NCBI RefSeq assembly: GCF_016432865.1
Contig: NC_067400.1
Coordinates: 612,374,001-612,438,000 of the forward strand
DNA length: 64,000 nucleotides
From: Antechinus flavipes
Lineage: Eukaryota
Direction: 5' to 3'
The notes beneath the pieces were generated by a model. It was given only the letters and a program-made list of their open reading frames with translations. It searched no databases and was not told where the DNA came from. Of this stretch, positions 61,301 through 64,000 are shown piece by piece. Each line of letters begins with the position of its first letter. Position 1 is the first letter of the stretch. Made by a program: the position numbers and the translations under genes.

Positions 61301-63381
61301 CTCAGTGACTGCAAGACAGAACATGTGGCTTCCTCCGTCCCCGTGGATTTCCCGAGCCCTGAGATTCCCTTCAGAGGAGGCTGGCTTGGGATCCTTTGGG
61401 GGGAGCTCTTTGTCGGCCCATTGGTCATCGATCGGAACACAGAAGCATCTCCGGGAAATCGCCGGGTCTGGCTTCCTGCCAGACAGATGTCTGGAGAAGA
61501 TGCACCTCCCCGCCAGCCCCCACCCCACCCCCAGCACACGCACACCAGTGCTCCCCAGCTCCTCCTTGCCCAGAACCTTCTCCCCTACAGCCTACCCCCC
61601 CCCGAAACTCCTCTTCGCAACTGCTCCTCCCCTCAAGCCCTCCCCCCCCCCCGCCCCGACTGCTCCTCTGCAGCCCCTTCTCCCTCCAGAGCCCCTCTCC
61701 CCCGGCTCCTTCCGCCTCAGAGCCTTTTCCCGTGCAACTTCACTCCCCGAAGCTATAACATCGCCTCCCTCCTCCCAAGACCCTTAACGGCCCTTCTCCC
61801 CACCATCATCCTCCCCTTTTCCTGTGCGGAGAAAAGGTGCGAGGGCTTTCTCCCCGGGCTCTCCTCTCCCCGCCCCGCCCCACCACCGAGAGCATCCGAG
61901 CGTCCCAGGTCCGGGAGGCTGCGGCCAACTTGGGTCTCAGCGGGGACGGGAAAGCTGCGGGTTGCGGGGGGTGGGGGATGGTGAGGCTGACACCATATAC
62001 TTGAGAGGCAGCGAGTGGGCCCGTATTCAAACACTGCGACCCCAGGTGACCCGAGTCAGAGACGACGGACACACCCCGGAGGAAGGCGCTCCTCCCCCAC
62101 CCCCAAGCTCAGCAAAGGGGAGGGTCCCCTCCGCTCCGGTCCCTCCCCTCCCCTCCCTGGGTGGGGTCACTGCGGCTTACCGCCCCTGCAGGCACGCAAT
62201 CCCCGCAGCCTGCACCCTCTTCCCCGCCCCCCGCCCCGGCCTCGCTCTTTCTCCGTATCTGGCTGTCGTTCCCCCTCCCTCTAGCATCTGCTCAGGCTCC
62301 CCTCCCCCCAGTCTCGAAGGTGTATTTGCCCAACCGAGATCCTTTAGCCGGTGGAAAGGACCAACTGTAATACCTCATCCCACCTCCCTCCCCCCTCTCT
62401 CCCCTGCCCCACCCACCCTCGCCCCGGGTCAAGAACCCTCGAGAGACCGAGAAACGCGGCCATCCACAGAGACGGATGCTCTCCCTAAGGTCCGGCCCCT
62501 GCCTATGTGTAATCCCGGAGGTCTCCCCCCGCACCCCGATAAACAATCACACTTCCGCACACACGTATACATGCCCTAGCGCATCTCGGGCCCTCCTCGC
62601 AGAAAACACCTTCCCGCTGCACTTCCCCAGGGGCTGGACCATCTAGTTGCCATAGCTACGGCTCAGATCAGTCATTCACTCATTCAGCGAACATTTATCC
62701 AGTTTACAAGATCCAGAGCCAGTGACATCCCCCTTCCCCTGCCTCCCCCCCCCCCAGGGAAGATCTCCCCATATACCAGAAGCTCTCCCCCTTCGCCCAT
62801 CTCCCCCGCCAGGCTCCCCTCTCAGCCCCGGGGGAAGTCTTTTGCCTGTCATCCTCCAAAAGAGCAGGTTCCGTCTCCCCTCCAGTCTCACCAACCCAGG
62901 TTCCGTCGCCCCTCCAGTCCCTCCAGCCCAGATTCTGTCTCCCCTCCAATCTCTCCAGTCCAGGTTCCTTCTCCCTCCAGCTCCAAGACCCAGATCAGGG
63001 TCCTGGCTTTCTCCATCCCCTCAGACCAGAGTTCCCCTACCCTTCTATCTCCGTCCCTACTGGGTCCCCTTCCCCCCCCCCAGCCCCCAGTTGGGGTCCC
63101 CTTCATTCTTCTAGGGAGGATTCTCCTACTCCTCTAGACTTCCCCAGGTGCCCTCCCCAAATCTCCGAGAATGGGATTCCTGCTTCTTCAACTGTTTCAT
63201 AACGGGGTCCCCTGTCCTCTTCCCAGGTCCCCACTAGCCACTAGATCTGGAGTCCACTTCCCTTCTTCCCCTTGACGGGGTCCCCCTTTCCTCCATCCTC
63301 CCGGCTGGGGTCCCCTGTAGCTACGGGCTTGGTAGAGCCTCGCTCCCTCTCACCCTGTGTGATGGGCTCGGGGGTCAGCAT
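54910..63381 (-). CDS. FXYD7: FXYD domain-containing ion transport regulator 7, ~68 aa
   Basis: Exons: 63354-63381 (MLTPEPITQ), 57456-57488 (TSQEPDRFYY), 56886-56960 (YDSIRVVGLTLATIMFVLGIVIIL), 56452-56485 (KKVKCRKSDS), 55450-55466 (PTIKN), 54910-54929 (PGGAV*). 207 nt, frame-consistent, GT-AG. Confidence 0.88.
55505..56200. repeat. Compound GAGACAGG(G)A / GACAGAAATGGGGA satellite in FXYD7 intron 4
   Basis: Direct reading; repeated higher-order blocks. Confidence 0.92.
57500..58310. repeat. GA/GACA-rich compound microsatellite in FXYD7 intron 1
   Basis: Direct reading; includes (GA)n, (GACA)n and short duplicated blocks. Confidence 0.9.
58630..58947 (+). mobile_element. 5'-truncated L1 3' end with poly(A) tail and 13-bp TSD, inserted into an older MIR-like SINE
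   Basis: AAATGAGCGGAACCATTGTACAC...ATGCCATCTGCATCCAGAAAAAGAACT...A14; flanked by AACTTGCTCAGAG at 58617-58629 and 58948-58960. Confidence 0.8.
59420..59645. repeat. (TCCA/TCTA)n tetranucleotide tract
   Basis: Direct reading. Confidence 0.85.
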
Positions 63382-63439
63382 GGCTGGGCCGGGGGCGCGG
63401 AAGGCAGATGCAGCAGCTGCAGAGGGAGCCCAGATCTGA

Positions 63440-63720
63440 CTGGGGGAGGGGGTCAGACTTGGAAGGGGGGGACTGGAGAGGGACCTCCGGGTTGGGGGCG
63501 GTGGAAAGGGCGGAGGCGGACACTGCAGCCAATGGGGGCTCCGTGGGGGGGGCGGGGGCGGGTTTCCCGGGCTCCCCGCCCCCGCCTCCCCTCGGCGACC
63601 CCTCCCCCTCCCGCATGCAAGCCCAATCCCCGCCTCGAGTGTCTGCGGAGCCCGTGGGCGGGGGCGCCTCCTAGTGGGGGGAGAGAGGGAGCGTCAGCCT
63701 TTCGGGGACTCAGGCGGCCG
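63440..63720 (-). promoter_or_regulatory. FXYD7 CpG-island promoter (CCAAT 63529-63533, GC boxes ~63548-63562)
   Basis: Motifs 150-200 bp above the FXYD7 ATG. Confidence 0.65.
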
Positions 63721-63769
63721 GACCGGCTGTGGGACAGAGACACGGACTGCGCGGGGATGAAGACTGGCC

Positions 63770-64000
63770 TTTATTAGAGGTTTGGAGGAGCTAGGGACTC
63801 TGTGGGAGTGGGACCGTGGGCAGCAGTCTTGGGAAACCTGTGGAGAGTGGGCGGGAGAAGAAGCTTAAAGTCAGGGAGGGACCTGTAGGCACAGGGAAAT
63901 CCCAGGGGCTTGGGCTCTTCGGGACCCCCGTCGCCCCATTTCTTTCTCCTCGCTCAGCACCCGCACCCCCACCCACCGCGATAACGACCCATTACCTGGT
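63770..64000 (-). other. FXYD1: Probable 3' end of FXYD1: non-coding last exon (acceptor near 63838), poly(A) signal 63770-63775, preceding donor at ~63995
   Basis: AATAAA plus CTCTCCACAG acceptor and ACCAG|GTAAT donor on the minus strand. Identity rests on synteny (FXYD1 directly precedes FXYD7); no coding sequence is seen. Confidence 0.5.

Overview
Mammalian, most likely marsupial, genomic DNA (WSINE1-/MAR1-like SINEs, marsupial-type L1) syntenic with human 19q13.12. Left to right: MAG (-, complete S-MAG frame; L-MAG terminal exon not found, presumably beyond the left edge), HAMP/hepcidin (-), USF2 (-, exon 1 in an N-gap), LSR (-), FAM187B (+), FXYD5 (-), FXYD7 (-) and the probable 3' end of FXYD1 (-). 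I built exon models by hand from GT-AG sites and frame continuity. Human/rodent comparisons are recalled from memory and need confirming by alignment. No prokaryotic features are present. Most unusual signals: (1) the hepcidin proximal BMP response element is mutated while the STAT3 site and distal BMP-RE2 are intact; (2) FXYD5 has lost its FXYD motif (PFKSN) and has a possible extra C-terminal exon; (3) FXYD7 has a 17-nt microexon and a shortened tail; (4) MAG has RGD->RAD and a Tyr-free S-MAG tail; (5) USF2 exon 4 lacks the 27-aa human extension; (6) an unexplained 9 x ~158-bp hairpin-bearing tandem array lies upstream of LSR.
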